Notes: a model not told the origin generated them from the letters alone. Positions 18,740 to 28,350 are shown, counted from the stretch's first letter. The stretch: 32,000 bases of DNA from Erysipelothrix inopinata (GCF_014396165.1 NZ_CP060715.1:360001-392000), one strand, 5' to 3'. Made by a program: numbers and translations.

Positions 18740-21568
18740 TTACACCCCCTTGTTTAATGTTTTTTTAAGATACCTACCTGTATGACTTTCTTCAACTTCC
18801 GCTACAACTTCTGGCGTACCTTTCGCTACAATTGTACCACCACCATCACCACCTTCTGGACCTAAGTCCACAATGTAGTCGGCATTCTTAATGACATCAA
18901 GATTATGTTCAATAACGAGTACTGTATCACCATTATCAACAATATGTTGAAGAACACCAATTAACTTCTCAACATCATAGCTGTGTAATCCCGTTGTAGG
19001 TTCATCCAGAATAAACATTGTTTTACCTGTTGAAGGACGTTGAAGCTCGCTCGCAAGTTTAACTCGTTGTGCTTCACCACCTGATAAGGTTGTCGCTGAT
19101 TGACCCAGTTTAATATATCCCAGTCCTACATTACTTAAAGTTTGAAGACCGTTTCGAATTTTCGTAATCGATGCAAAGAATTCAATCGCATCATCAATAC
19201 TCATATCAAGGATATCAAAGATATTCTTTTCTTTAAAATGTACTTGTAGAGTTTCTTCGTTATAACGCTTCCCACCACACTCTGTACACTTCACATATAC
19301 ATCTGGTAAGAAGTGCATTGAGATACGAGTTACGCCATCTCCCTTACATGCTTCACAACGTCCTCCTGGAACGTTAAATGAGAAGCGTCCTTTATCATAA
19401 CCACGCATTTTAGCTTCAGGTGTTTTCGCAAACAAGTCACGAATATCATCAAAGACTCCTGTATATGTTGCAGGGTTTGAACGCGGCGTACGACCAATTG
19501 GATTTTGATCGATAGTAATTAATTTATCAATATTTTCCAATCCTTTAATTTTCTTATGTTTACCTGGCTTCATGCGCGTACGGCCCAATGCTTGGTAAAC
19601 TGATTTGCTGAGCACTTCATTTACAAGAGTTGATTTACCACTACCCGAAACACCCGTTACCGCAATAAAGGTTCCAAGAGGAAACTTAACATTTATATTC
19701 TTTAAATTGTTTTCAGATGCACCCTGAACTTCAAGGAACAATTTATTTCCTTTACGGCGTTTATCAGGCATCGGAATTTTACGTGCACCACTTAAGTATT
19801 GTCCTGTAATTGAATTTTCATTATTAATAATGTCATCATAAGTACCATTCGCAATCACTTCACCGCCAAGGGCTCCAGCTCCTGGACCAATATCAACAAT
19901 CCAATCACTTTCTTCCATGGTTTCTTCATCATGCTCCACAACAATCAATGTGTTACCTAAGTCACGCATATTTTTAAGAGTTTCGATTAACTTAGCATTA
20001 TCACGTTGATGAAGTCCAATTGATGGTTCATCAAGAACATAGAGAACACCCGTTAATCTTGAACCTATTTGCGTAGCAAGACGGATTCTTTGCGATTCTC
20101 CACCTGACATACTACCCGCAATTCGATCAAGTGTTAAGTATTCAAGTCCTACGTCTTTCAAGAAAGTAAGACGGTTTACAATTTCTTGAATAATAAGTTC
20201 CGCAATTTTAGCCTTCATTTCAGTAAGTTCAAGATTGTCCATGAACACTAAAGCTTCACCAATTGACTGAGCAGTAAATTCACTGATATTTTTTCCTTGA
20301 ACCTTCACAGCAAGTGCTTGTTCATTAAGACGTGAACCGTGACATGTTGTACATATTGACTCACTCATAAATGATGCATACCACTCCCGAGAGGATTGCG
20401 ATGTTGTATCACGGTGACGACGTTCAATGAGATTCACAACTCCTTCAATCGGTTCATTACGATGGAAGCTATTTCCAGAACGTGATTCGATAATATATTT
20501 AATAGGTTTGACACTTCCATAAAGAAGAATATCCAATTGTTTCTTCGTTAATTTGTCAATGGGTGTATCAATATCAACTTTTGCAAATTCGATCAACTTA
20601 TTAAATGTTTGCCACTCAATATTTTGAGTGTTTACAATATTTTTATAATAACGAATCCCACCTTGGCTGATGCTAAGACTTGGATCTGGAATTAAAAACT
20701 CCAAGTCAACCGATTGAGTTATTCCCAATCCATTGCAAGTATGACAGGCACCCATAGGAGAGTTAAACGAGAAAAGACGTGGTTCTACTGATTCAATACT
20801 GAATCCGCAGATTGGACACGCAAAGTTACTTGAGAATACATGATTCTCGTTATCTTTTCTAACATAAACCAAACCATCCCCGAGTTTAACAGCAGCTTCT
20901 AAAGAATCACTAATTCTAAAGCGACTGTCTTCTTTTTTCACAATCCGGTCTACGACAACACTGATTGTATGTTTCTTATTCTTTTCTAATGTGATTGGCT
21001 CATCAAGCTGAACCAATTCATCATCTACATAGGCACGAACATATCCTTCTTTTTTTAGTCCTTCAAGAAGTTCACGATGTTCTCCCTTTTGTTCTTTAAT
21101 CACTGGAGCCAGTATCTCAAGTCGTGATTTATCTTCAAACTCCATAATACGGTCAACCATCTGTTTGATAGTTTGTGAGGATATTATGAGATCATGATGT
21201 GGACAATATGGATCTCCGACACGTGCATACAGAAGTCTTAAATAGTCATAAATTTCTGTAACAGTCCCAACTGTAGAACGAGGATTGTTGCTGGTTGTCT
21301 TTTGATCGATAGCAATTGATGGCGAGAGTCCTTCAATTAGTTCTACGTCTGGTTTTTCCATATTCCCTAGGAATTGACGCGCATACGAACTCAATGATTC
21401 GACGTAACGACGTTGGCCTTCAGCATAGATCGTATCAAATGCGAGAGACGTTTTCCCAGAACCCGATAAACCCGTCATCACAATGAGCTTATTTCTAGGA
21501 ATTTCTAAGCTTATATTCTTTAAATTATTTTCTTTTGCACCTTTAATTACGATTGAATCTTGTTTCAT
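18740..21568 (-). CDS. uvrA: Excinuclease ABC subunit A
   Basis: Two ABC ATPase modules (GLSGSGKTS, GVSGSGKST; LSGGESQR, LSGGEAQR). Zn modules CPICGF...CHTCNG and CEACKGDG...CTECGGKRY. Start re-set to ATG 21568 (MKQDSIVIKGA), with GGAGG 5 nt upstream. Confidence 0.97.
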   Translation of the reverse strand: MKQDSIVIKGAKENNLKNISLEIPRNKLIVMTGLSGSGKTSLAFDTIYAEGQRRYVESLSSYARQFLGNMEKPDVELIEGLSPSIAIDQKTTSNNPRSTVGTVTEIYDYLRLLYARVGDPYCPHHDLIISSQTIKQMVDRIMEFEDKSRLEILAPVIKEQKGEHRELLEGLKKEGYVRAYVDDELVQLDEPITLEKNKKHTISVVVDRIVKKEDSRFRISDSLEAAVKLGDGLVYVRKDNENHVFSSNFACPICGFSIESVEPRLFSFNSPMGACHTCNGLGITQSVDLEFLIPDPSLSISQGGIRYYKNIVNTQNIEWQTFNKLIEFAKVDIDTPIDKLTKKQLDILLYGSVKPIKYIIESRSGNSFHRNEPIEGVVNLIERRHRDTTSQSSREWYASFMSESICTTCHGSRLNEQALAVKVQGKNISEFTAQSIGEALVFMDNLELTEMKAKIAELIIQEIVNRLTFLKDVGLEYLTLDRIAGSMSGGESQRIRLATQIGSRLTGVLYVLDEPSIGLHQRDNAKLIETLKNMRDLGNTLIVVEHDEETMEESDWIVDIGPGAGALGGEVIANGTYDDIINNENSITGQYLSGARKIPMPDKRRKGNKLFLEVQGASENNLKNINVKFPLGTFIAVTGVSGSGKSTLVNEVLSKSVYQALGRTRMKPGKHKKIKGLENIDKLITIDQNPIGRTPRSNPATYTGVFDDIRDLFAKTPEAKMRGYDKGRFSFNVPGGRCEACKGDGVTRISMHFLPDVYVKCTECGGKRYNEETLQVHFKEKNIFDILDMSIDDAIEFFASITKIRNGLQTLSNVGLGYIKLGQSATTLSGGEAQRVKLASELQRPSTGKTMFILDEPTTGLHSYDVEKLIGVLQHIVDNGDTVLVIEHNLDVIKNADYIVDLGPEGGDGGGTIVAKGTPEVVAEVEESHTGRYLKKTLNKGV

Positions 21569-21590
21569 AAATACCTCCAATACTTTTTCA

Positions 21591-21613
21591 ATTATAACAC
21601 GAATTTAGGTTTG
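21591..21613 (-). promoter_or_regulatory. Putative uvrA promoter (extended -10 TGtTATAAT) with an adjacent SOS-box-like sequence
   Basis: Minus strand: CAAACCTAAATTCG-TGtTATAAT. The plus-strand CGAATTTAGGTTTG (21600..21613) matches the Bacillus LexA/Cheo box CGAAC-N4-GTTCG at 8 of 10 defined positions. It sits in the promoter spacer. Confidence 0.35.
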
Positions 21614-21670
21614 CTAATATGGATATACAATGCGAATCGTCTCTAAAATAAAAATAGAATGATCTTTCGA

Positions 21671-22537
21671 TCACTCTACATTTTCACCCGATTTATTATG
21701 ACGATTATTATAAACATACAGACGTACGTTGTGATATTCAACACGATTGTATACAAACTTTTCTTGATCGCCCACACGATCTGCAACAATTTCAAAAAGC
21801 GAAATCATTGTTTCTAAAGCATCCCAACATTGTTCAGCAGAACCTAATTCGTATGTTGACATTAACATAGACCACAACTCATCCGAAAAGAAATAGTTTA
21901 AGTGTTTCCACTTTTTACCAATACTAATCTTAAAATCAGTTTTGTATCCAACGCGCCATTCCATCATTTTTAGAAGCATCAGTCGCATTTGATGAACATA
22001 TTCCATCGCATAGATAACTTCACTTCGTTTTAGACCTTTCACGACATAAAACGATAACCATAAAAACTCATTAATACATTCTCGATAGAGCGCTTCAGTT
22101 GGTTTTTTAATCCATCGATCTTTATCTGTGGCAGGTAGTGTCCCCGTAATCAAACTGTCTTTATCAAGTAAGATTTTAACCAATCGGTCATTTTTTAAAT
22201 AGTCTTCAAGCGATTCTAAAGGTACTAAGGTTAGGTCAATCCGATTGCCATCTTCAAATTGCATCAACATGGAATACCATGGTTTCTTCTTCATTGGAAT
22301 TAAGACACCTTCTGACGGTATTTGCATGATCAATCGCTTTCCAAAAACCTCAATCCAGGAACGATCTTTAATCATTGAATCCATATCATCTACAACATAG
22401 GCGATATCGTAATCTTGCCATCTGTCTTTAGGAACGTTGTCATTAACTCTTGAACCATTCATTGCTACTATACGTATGCGCTTATCTTTCAAGGCATAAC
22501 CTTCAATTAGCTCATACATTTCTTTCTCGGTTCTCAT
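21671..22537 (-). CDS. ant(6): Aminoglycoside 6-nucleotidyltransferase family protein (ANT(6)/AadK/AadE-like)
   Basis: 288 aa. Recalled ANT(6)-Ia/AadK sequences share its pattern along the whole length: MR.EKEM, D.RIRIV..GSR.N...PKD.(W/F)QDYDI.Y.V, FG...MQ.P, IDLTL.PLE.L..YLK.D.L.K.L.DKD, KP...Y..C.NEF(W/L)W...YV.KGL.R.E...A, W..G....S.GK, LW..L.STY. Own SD (GGAAGGA). Confidence 0.8.
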   Translation of the reverse strand: MRTEKEMYELIEGYALKDKRIRIVAMNGSRVNDNVPKDRWQDYDIAYVVDDMDSMIKDRSWIEVFGKRLIMQIPSEGVLIPMKKKPWYSMLMQFEDGNRIDLTLVPLESLEDYLKNDRLVKILLDKDSLITGTLPATDKDRWIKKPTEALYRECINEFLWLSFYVVKGLKRSEVIYAMEYVHQMRLMLLKMMEWRVGYKTDFKISIGKKWKHLNYFFSDELWSMLMSTYELGSAEQCWDALETMISLFEIVADRVGDQEKFVYNRVEYHNVRLYVYNNRHNKSGENVE

Positions 22538-22577
22538 ACGGTATCCTTCCTACCCTCAAACGCTTACTTATACTCTA

Positions 22578-22585
22578 ATTATACA
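22578..22585 (-). promoter_or_regulatory. Putative -10 (TGTATAAT) for the ant(6)-like gene
   Basis: Minus strand: ...gttatatttTGTATAATtagag. It lies between the uvrB terminator and the ant(6) SD. Confidence 0.4.
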
Positions 22586-22602
22586 AAATATAACTCATAA
22601 AC

Positions 22603-22627
22603 AAAAGAAAAACCCATTTCTGGGTTT
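22603..22627 (-). terminator. Rho-independent terminator after uvrB
   Basis: Minus strand: AAACCCA-gaaa-TGGGTTT followed by TTCTTTTGTTT. The hairpin begins within the uvrB TAA stop. Confidence 0.65.
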
Positions 22628-24596
22628 AAAGTTCAGCTTTCATCTCAAGGACAACATCACGTAATTGTGCTGCTCTTTCAAAATCAAGTATTGCTGCAGC
22701 TTCACGCATTTCTTTCTCAAGACGTTCAATAAGTTCCTCAACAGATTTCTTATCACGTTTTCCACCACGAACTTTCTTCGTAAGTTCTTGCGTTTCTTTA
22801 CCAGCAATCACATCACGAATTTCTTTCTTAATGGTAGTCGGGATAATACCATGTTCTTCATTATAAGCAATTTGAATCTCACGACGACGTTTCGTTTCTT
22901 CAAGCGTACGTGTCATTGAATCAGTCATTTTATCTGCATACATAATAACATGTCCATTTTGATTTCGCGCCGCACGTCCAACAATTTGAACTAATGAGCG
23001 ATAGGATCGAAGGAACCCTTCTTTATCTGCATCTAAAATAGCAATCAAACTAACTTCAGGTAAGTCTAAGCCTTCTCGAAGCAAGTTAATTCCAACCACC
23101 ACATCATACTTACCGATACGAAGATCGCGTAAAATTTCGATTCGTTCAAGAGTCTTCGTTTCGTGGTGAAGCCACGCAACCTTAATTCCTGTTTCAAGTA
23201 AATAATTGGTAAGGTCTTCTGCCATTTTAACAGTGAGTGTTGTAATGAGAACCCGTTCATCACGTTCTTTACGAACACGAATCTGTTCTAAAAGATCGTC
23301 AACTTGACCACGGCTTGGCTTCACTTCAATCGTTGGATCTAAAAGTCCTGTAGGACGAATAATTTGTTCTACAATTTTGTGATCAACTTGTTCAAGTTCA
23401 TAATCACCAGGTGTTGCTGAGACATAGATTGTTTGATTTTGTACTGATGTGAATTCATCAAAAGTCATTGGACGGTTATTGAGTGCACTTGGAAGTCGGA
23501 ATCCATACTCTACAAGTGTTCGTTTACGACTTTGATCTCCATTATACATCCCACGGACTTGTGGTAACGATACGTGAGACTCATCAACAACAAGTAAATA
23601 ATCATCAGGGAAGAAATCAAAGAGCGTAAACGGTCTCTCTTCTGGATTTCGACCATCAATATGCATCGAGTAGTTTTCAACTCCAGAGCACATTCCAAAT
23701 TCACGAAGTGCTTCCAAGTCATAATCTGTTCTTTGTTTTAATCGTTGATGTTCAACTAATTTGTTTTCTTTCTCAAAATAAGCAAGTCGTTCTTTCAATT
23801 CTTCTTCAATGCGATCTGCAGCAGAACGAATTTGAACCATATCACGAGCATATTCATTGGCAGGGAAAATATCATAGACTCGATATCCATCACGAACATT
23901 TCCTGTAATCCGATCAACTTCTACAATTCGGTCAATTTCATCACCAAAGAATTCAATACGCACAACAATATCATCACGGTCACCACGTACAATCTCCACA
24001 ACATCACCACGAACACGGAATGTTCCCACTCTTTGTTCCATATCATTTCGAGTATATTGACGTTTCACAAGATCCATCATTAGTGTTTCACGAGATATTT
24101 CTTGACCAACACGCATTACGTAAAGCATTGCTTTATAGTATGCAGGGTCCGCTGTAGCATAAATAGACGCAACCGAAGCAACAATAATTGTATCACGTCG
24201 CTGTAAAACAGAGTTTTGCGCAGCATGACGCAACATATCCAATTCTTGGTTAATCATTGAGCTTTTTTCGATATACGTATCACTACCCGGCAGATATGCT
24301 TCTGGTTGGTAGTAATCAAAATTTGAGACAAAGTATTCAACACGGTTTTCTGGAAAGAATTCTTTGAACTCAGAATACAATTGTCCCGCAAGTGTTTTAT
24401 TATGAACAAACACTAAAGTTGGTTTATTAACCTTCTCGATAACTTTCGAAACCGTAAATGTCTTACCCGTTCCCGTCGCACCCAAAAGAACTTGTTCTTT
24501 CTTGCCAGCATCGATACCTTCAGTTAATTCAGCAATCGCTTTTATCTGATCACCTTTTGGTTCATATTGCGAAACAACTTTAAATTTAGTTTCCAT
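22626..24596 (-). CDS. uvrB: Excinuclease ABC subunit B
   Basis: 656 aa. Walker [14 protein letters not shown] box (VVDESHV), helicase motifs, and the C-terminal UVR domain ([19 protein letters not shown]). Its ATG overlaps the upstream protease gene end by 11 nt. Confidence 0.97.
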   Translation of the reverse strand: METKFKVVSQYEPKGDQIKAIAELTEGIDAGKKEQVLLGATGTGKTFTVSKVIEKVNKPTLVFVHNKTLAGQLYSEFKEFFPENRVEYFVSNFDYYQPEAYLPGSDTYIEKSSMINQELDMLRHAAQNSVLQRRDTIIVASVASIYATADPAYYKAMLYVMRVGQEISRETLMMDLVKRQYTRNDMEQRVGTFRVRGDVVEIVRGDRDDIVVRIEFFGDEIDRIVEVDRITGNVRDGYRVYDIFPANEYARDMVQIRSAADRIEEELKERLAYFEKENKLVEHQRLKQRTDYDLEALREFGMCSGVENYSMHIDGRNPEERPFTLFDFFPDDYLLVVDESHVSLPQVRGMYNGDQSRKRTLVEYGFRLPSALNNRPMTFDEFTSVQNQTIYVSATPGDYELEQVDHKIVEQIIRPTGLLDPTIEVKPSRGQVDDLLEQIRVRKERDERVLITTLTVKMAEDLTNYLLETGIKVAWLHHETKTLERIEILRDLRIGKYDVVVGINLLREGLDLPEVSLIAILDADKEGFLRSYRSLVQIVGRAARNQNGHVIMYADKMTDSMTRTLEETKRRREIQIAYNEEHGIIPTTIKKEIRDVIAGKETQELTKKVRGGKRDKKSVEELIERLEKEMREAAAILDFERAAQLRDVVLEMKAEL

Positions 24597-26091
24597 TTTT
24601 TACAACCTCAATAGCTTTATTCAGTTGCACATCACGTTCTGCTTTGTGCATCGACCAATCTCTTACGACAGCACTGTAGACTTGTTTTGTTAATTCAAGA
24701 TTTATAGATTTATTATATGGAACATTAACCGCATTCGCAAAGCTTGCTAGCGCAGCATCGGTAGCACTATCATAATATCCATCTACTCTTCCTTGATGAT
24801 ATCCAAGATAACTTAATCCTTTTTGAACATATGAAACAGCACCATGGACTGAGTCATAAGGAATGTTCTCATTCTCATCAATTTGAGGGAACTGTGCATA
24901 GAATATATCGGCTTGTTTAACTTCAACATCCGGAACAATTCCTACTTCATGAATACTCTTACCACTTGGCGACAACCACTTCGCGATTGTTAATTTAATC
25001 GAACTTTGGTCACCAAAACTTCTTTGCGTTTGAACTGTTCCCTTACCATATGAGGTAACACCTACTGTTTTAACATTTAGATTCTCACTTAGTGCCAAAG
25101 TCATTACTTCGGATGCGCTCGCAGTATCACCATTAATTAAAATCACAATATTCTCGAATGGATACTGGCTCGCCACACTATTATCAGTAGTATAGGAAAC
25201 TACTTTTCCATCTGTGAAATCTTCTTGGTAAACTACTGCTTTATTATCAAGGAACAGCTTACTAATTTCTTGAATTGCTTGAAGATATCCACCACCATTA
25301 TCACGAAGATCAATAATCAAACGATCAACATTTGAGTCTTTAAAGTCTTTTAAGTACATTTCAGTATTTTCTGCGAGTTTATTTCCGAAAGAAGAAATCT
25401 CTAAATAACCAATATTATCTTGAATGATTTCTCCCCAAACAACAGCAGTTACACGGCTTCGAACAATATCCATGTTTAACGTTTCACTGCCACGTAAAAA
25501 TTCAAGTTTTACGGATGTTCCTTCTTCACCTACGATATGTTCTTTAATTTGATCGGATTTCCAAGTTTCAATGGATTCACCATCAATCTTTACGAGAACA
25601 TCTCCAGCTTTAACGCCTGCTTTTTCAGCAGGGGAATCTCTGAATACGCGTGTCACAACATTGGCACCTTCACCACTATAGTACTGAATCCCAATACCCA
25701 CAAAATCCATATTAATAGATTGATTGAGTTGTAACATTTCGTCTTTAGTCATATAGGTTGAGTGAATATCACCGTTCATCTCAAACATACCCTTTATTGC
25801 ATTGTCCATAATTTCGGTTTCTGGATCTTTCATATCTCTTGTAAAGTACCAGTCTTTAACTACTTCGTTATAAATTCTTTCAAACTTCGCAACGTTTCCA
25901 GAACTTGATGGCGTCCCATTCACACTGACCAGTCGGTTAAATTGCCATCCTAGAAAAAACGAAAAAATAACGGAGGCTGTAACCGTTATAATGATCTTCT
26001 TTTTTCTCTTTTCTTTCGCAATTTCATCCGGCCAACGATGGCGTTCAAGTTTAATACTTACTTTATTGTTTTCGTTATTTTCTTTTTCCAA
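24586..26091 (-). CDS. S41 family C-terminal processing peptidase with PDZ and C-terminal peptidoglycan-binding domain
   Basis: TM anchor, PDZ ([13 protein letters not shown]), catalytic Ser context GDTASASE, catalytic Lys context [11 protein letters not shown]_binding_1-like tail ([34 protein letters not shown]). The track's GTG 26100 lies inside the GAGGTG SD, so TTG 26091 (6-nt spacing) is the more likely start. Confidence 0.82.
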   Translation of the reverse strand: MEKENNENNKVSIKLERHRWPDEIAKEKRKKKIIITVTASVIFSFFLGWQFNRLVSVNGTPSSSGNVAKFERIYNEVVKDWYFTRDMKDPETEIMDNAIKGMFEMNGDIHSTYMTKDEMLQLNQSINMDFVGIGIQYYSGEGANVVTRVFRDSPAEKAGVKAGDVLVKIDGESIETWKSDQIKEHIVGEEGTSVKLEFLRGSETLNMDIVRSRVTAVVWGEIIQDNIGYLEISSFGNKLAENTEMYLKDFKDSNVDRLIIDLRDNGGGYLQAIQEISKLFLDNKAVVYQEDFTDGKVVSYTTDNSVASQYPFENIVILINGDTASASEVMTLALSENLNVKTVGVTSYGKGTVQTQRSFGDQSSIKLTIAKWLSPSGKSIHEVGIVPDVEVKQADIFYAQFPQIDENENIPYDSVHGAVSYVQKGLSYLGYHQGRVDGYYDSATDAALASFANAVNVPYNKSINLELTKQVYSAVVRDWSMHKAERDVQLNKAIEVVKNGN

Positions 26092-26135
26092 AATGACCAC
26101 CTCAATATTATTAAGTGTACCACATTCACCTTTTA

Positions 26136-26165
26136 GAATAAATAAAATTCCTCTTGCGAGGAATT
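26136..26165 (-). terminator. Rho-independent terminator after the NAD(P)H oxidoreductase gene
   Basis: Minus strand: AATTCCTC-gcaa-GAGGAATT followed by TTATTTATT. The stem overlaps the TAA stop. Confidence 0.7.
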
Positions 26166-26730
26166 AAACTAAATATTCATTAATTTCTTTCATAAAGTTC
26201 TCACGGCTTTCTTCCATGTGAACTGTAGGACAGTGAATCCATGTTGTATTTTCAATACCTACCATACCAAAAATCCCTTGAATCATTGTCTTTTCAATTG
26301 GATCACCAAGTACGGATAGAAACTCTTTATTGATATTTCCTGTTGTGAATACTGCAGATTTTTTGATTCCTAAGATTCCTTTGATGTTATGATTTTCATC
26401 TTGAACATAGGTTTGTCCTTTAAGGAATACTTTATCAAAAAATCCTTTCAACATTGCAGGTGCACCATACCACCAAATTGGGTGAATAAAGATTACTTCA
26501 TCCGCTGCTTTCAATCGATTAACATAATCTTCAGCTTGAGTATCTGCATACTCTCCCTTACCGAACACACGGAGATCTTCCGGTGTAAAATCAGGTTTGA
26601 AGCCATCTGCGTGTAAATCAATGACATCGACTTCATTCCCTTTTTCATTTAGTAATCGTTTTGTTTCTTTAAATACATGATGATTAAAACTTCCATCCCA
26701 AGGATGTGTATAGACAATAAGTGTTTTCAT
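26164..26730 (-). CDS. Flavodoxin-like fold NAD(P)H dehydrogenase (quinone)/FMN reductase family protein
   Basis: Start re-set to ATG 26730 (MKTLIVYTHPWDGSFNH...), with GAGGAGGA 5 nt upstream. It has the N-terminal beta-strand/phosphate-loop pattern and the IFIHPIWWYGAPAMLKGFFDKV motif typical of the Flavodoxin_2 (YwrO/KefF/NQO-like) family. Confidence 0.7.
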   Translation of the reverse strand: MKTLIVYTHPWDGSFNHHVFKETKRLLNEKGNEVDVIDLHADGFKPDFTPEDLRVFGKGEYADTQAEDYVNRLKAADEVIFIHPIWWYGAPAMLKGFFDKVFLKGQTYVQDENHNIKGILGIKKSAVFTTGNINKEFLSVLGDPIEKTMIQGIFGMVGIENTTWIHCPTVHMEESRENFMKEINEYLV

Positions 26731-26792
26731 ATTGATCCTCCTCATACTTAGTAAGCCTACCAAATGAGTATGTATAATTCAACACTTAAACT

Positions 26793-28283
26793 CTAAATTG
26801 GATAGTAATTTTCTGGGTTCAAGCGACATGGCGTTGATCCCTTAACATCACATCGTGACCATTGTCCACCCGAAGAGCCACCCAATCCAAACTGTCCATC
26901 TCTTTGATATGCATTAAAGTTATTAATTGCTTCTTGTAAACTGCTGGTTCCTAGGTCGAATAGCTCAACGTGAACATGAGATCCTGTTGAAGCACCCGAG
27001 TTACCCACACGACCAATTACTTGTCCCGCCGATATGAAATCACCCGGAGAAACCGCAAAACTATTTGCTTGCATATGCATCATTAAAGTGCCGTAAACTT
27101 TGTCACCAACTTTTACGATCGTGGACATATAGTTACCCATACCACCATTACAGGAGAAACTTCCCGTTGTGGCACAACCACCCTTAGCAACAACGACAAC
27201 TCCCGTTCCGGTTGCATAAATTGGATTTCCAGTTGCTGCAGCGAAGTCAGTTCCTAAATGCGTTCCGCCTCCGAGCCAACCCGGATAACTCCATACAGTG
27301 GCAGAAATATGGTATCCAGTCGTAGGATTTATAAATCCATTCCCTACAATTGGAGGTTTCGTATTTCCACCATTGTCATTACCGCCGTTATCGTTGCCAC
27401 CATTATCATTACCACCATTGTCATTGCCACCTTCGTCAGGTTTCGGAACAACTGGTTTTGGTTTATCAATAGCACCAATTTTATCTGCAATATCAGAGTT
27501 GAATTGGACTTCAGAAACTTTTTCAGCTTCTTTTGTTTCAAGAACAGTTTTCTCTTTAGCTAAAGTCTCACCAATAAAAACAAGTTGTCCCTCATATTCT
27601 TTGGCACTGTTACGTTGTATTTCCGCGATTAATCTCTTATCTTCAATTGCTACTTTTTGATTTTCAAACATCGCTTGATCTTTACTCAATGCTTCGCGTT
27701 CATTCAATACATTGGTTGCCATTTCAGCGTTCTGTTGACGAATAGCACTCATTGCTTCAATACGACGAACGATGTCAGCAAAGTCACTGGAACCCATAAG
27801 AAACTCAATGTAACCATTGATTCTCATTGTTCCTTGTACATTAACCATATATTCTTTGAGATCTTCCTCAAGTTCCGCAATTTTAATTTGACGTTCTTCA
27901 ATTTTAGTTTGTGTTACAGCAATTTCTTTTTCAATTGCTGCAATTTCAACATCAACATTTGCGATTTGTGTTTCGTAGTCTTTTATAATTGCACGATATT
28001 CTTCAATCTTACCTAAGTTTTCAACGATGTTTCCTTCAATAGCTTTTCTTTCTGCGGCAAGCGCTTCTTTCTCGCTATTAGAGGTTCCACTCTTATTTCT
28101 TAGATACGTTCTAAATTCTCCACAAGTTGCTTCATTATTCCAATACTCCACACTACCACATAGGTTGGACCAATACTCTTCTTTACCTGAAAAATCTTCA
28201 GCCGCGTTGATATTTTGTAAGTTCAGAGAAATAATGAGCGATAGTGCGATCAGAAACATGCTTACTCTCGATTTTATTTTCAT
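26793..28283 (-). CDS. Secreted coiled-coil M23 (LytM-type) metallopeptidase, paralog B (EnvC/PcsB-like architecture)
   Basis: Start re-set to ATG 28283 (MKIKSRVSMFLIALSLIISLNLQNINA, signal peptide; GGAGGA SD). Long heptad-rich region, (GGNDN)4 linker, and an M23 domain with HLGTD (HxxxD) and HVH (HxH). The upstream 69 codons of the track ORF overlap paralog A and a terminator. Confidence 0.8.
   Translation of the reverse strand: MKIKSRVSMFLIALSLIISLNLQNINAAEDFSGKEEYWSNLCGSVEYWNNEATCGEFRTYLRNKSGTSNSEKEALAAERKAIEGNIVENLGKIEEYRAIIKDYETQIANVDVEIAAIEKEIAVTQTKIEERQIKIAELEEDLKEYMVNVQGTMRINGYIEFLMGSSDFADIVRRIEAMSAIRQQNAEMATNVLNEREALSKDQAMFENQKVAIEDKRLIAEIQRNSAKEYEGQLVFIGETLAKEKTVLETKEAEKVSEVQFNSDIADKIGAIDKPKPVVPKPDEGGNDNGGNDNGGNDNGGNDNGGNTKPPIVGNGFINPTTGYHISATVWSYPGWLGGGTHLGTDFAAATGNPIYATGTGVVVVAKGGCATTGSFSCNGGMGNYMSTIVKVGDKVYGTLMMHMQANSFAVSPGDFISAGQVIGRVGNSGASTGSHVHVELFDLGTSSLQEAINNFNAYQRDGQFGLGGSSGGQWSRCDVKGSTPCRLNPENYYPI
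27363..27431 (-). repeat. Imperfect 15-nt tandem repeat encoding (GGNDN)x4 + GGN
   Basis: Minus strand: ggtggcaatgacaat / ggtggtaatgataat / ggtggcaacgataac / ggcggtaatgacaat / ggtggaaat. Units differ only at synonymous third positions. Confidence 0.9.
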
Positions 28284-28299
28284 ATTGTCCTCCTGTTTT

Positions 28300-28332
28300 A
28301 AAAAAAGGCGAGCTATCATGTGATAACTCGCC
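28300..28332 (-). terminator. Rho-independent terminator between the two M23 paralogs
   Basis: Minus strand: GGCGAGTTATCA-ca-TGATAGCTCGCC (one mismatch) followed by TTTTTTT. It ends only about 6 nt before the GGAGGA SD of paralog B. Confidence 0.75.
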
Positions 28333-28350
28333 ATAAAGTTATCATTAAGG

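Noticed and set aside
21581-22625. ant(6)-like gene as part of a mobile element
   Set aside because: I looked for terminal inverted repeats, flanking direct repeats, and transposase or integrase remnants, and found none. The only shared flank motif is the promoter -10 (TGTTATAAT / TGTATAAT). It is reported as an insertion-like cassette only.
27258-27660. Plus-strand ORFs with striking repeats (LSLPPLSLPPLSLPP; ITAVIVATIIITTIVIATF)
   Set aside because: They are the antisense reading frames of the (GGNDN)n repeat in M23 paralog B. The periodicity is inherited from the real minus-strand gene.
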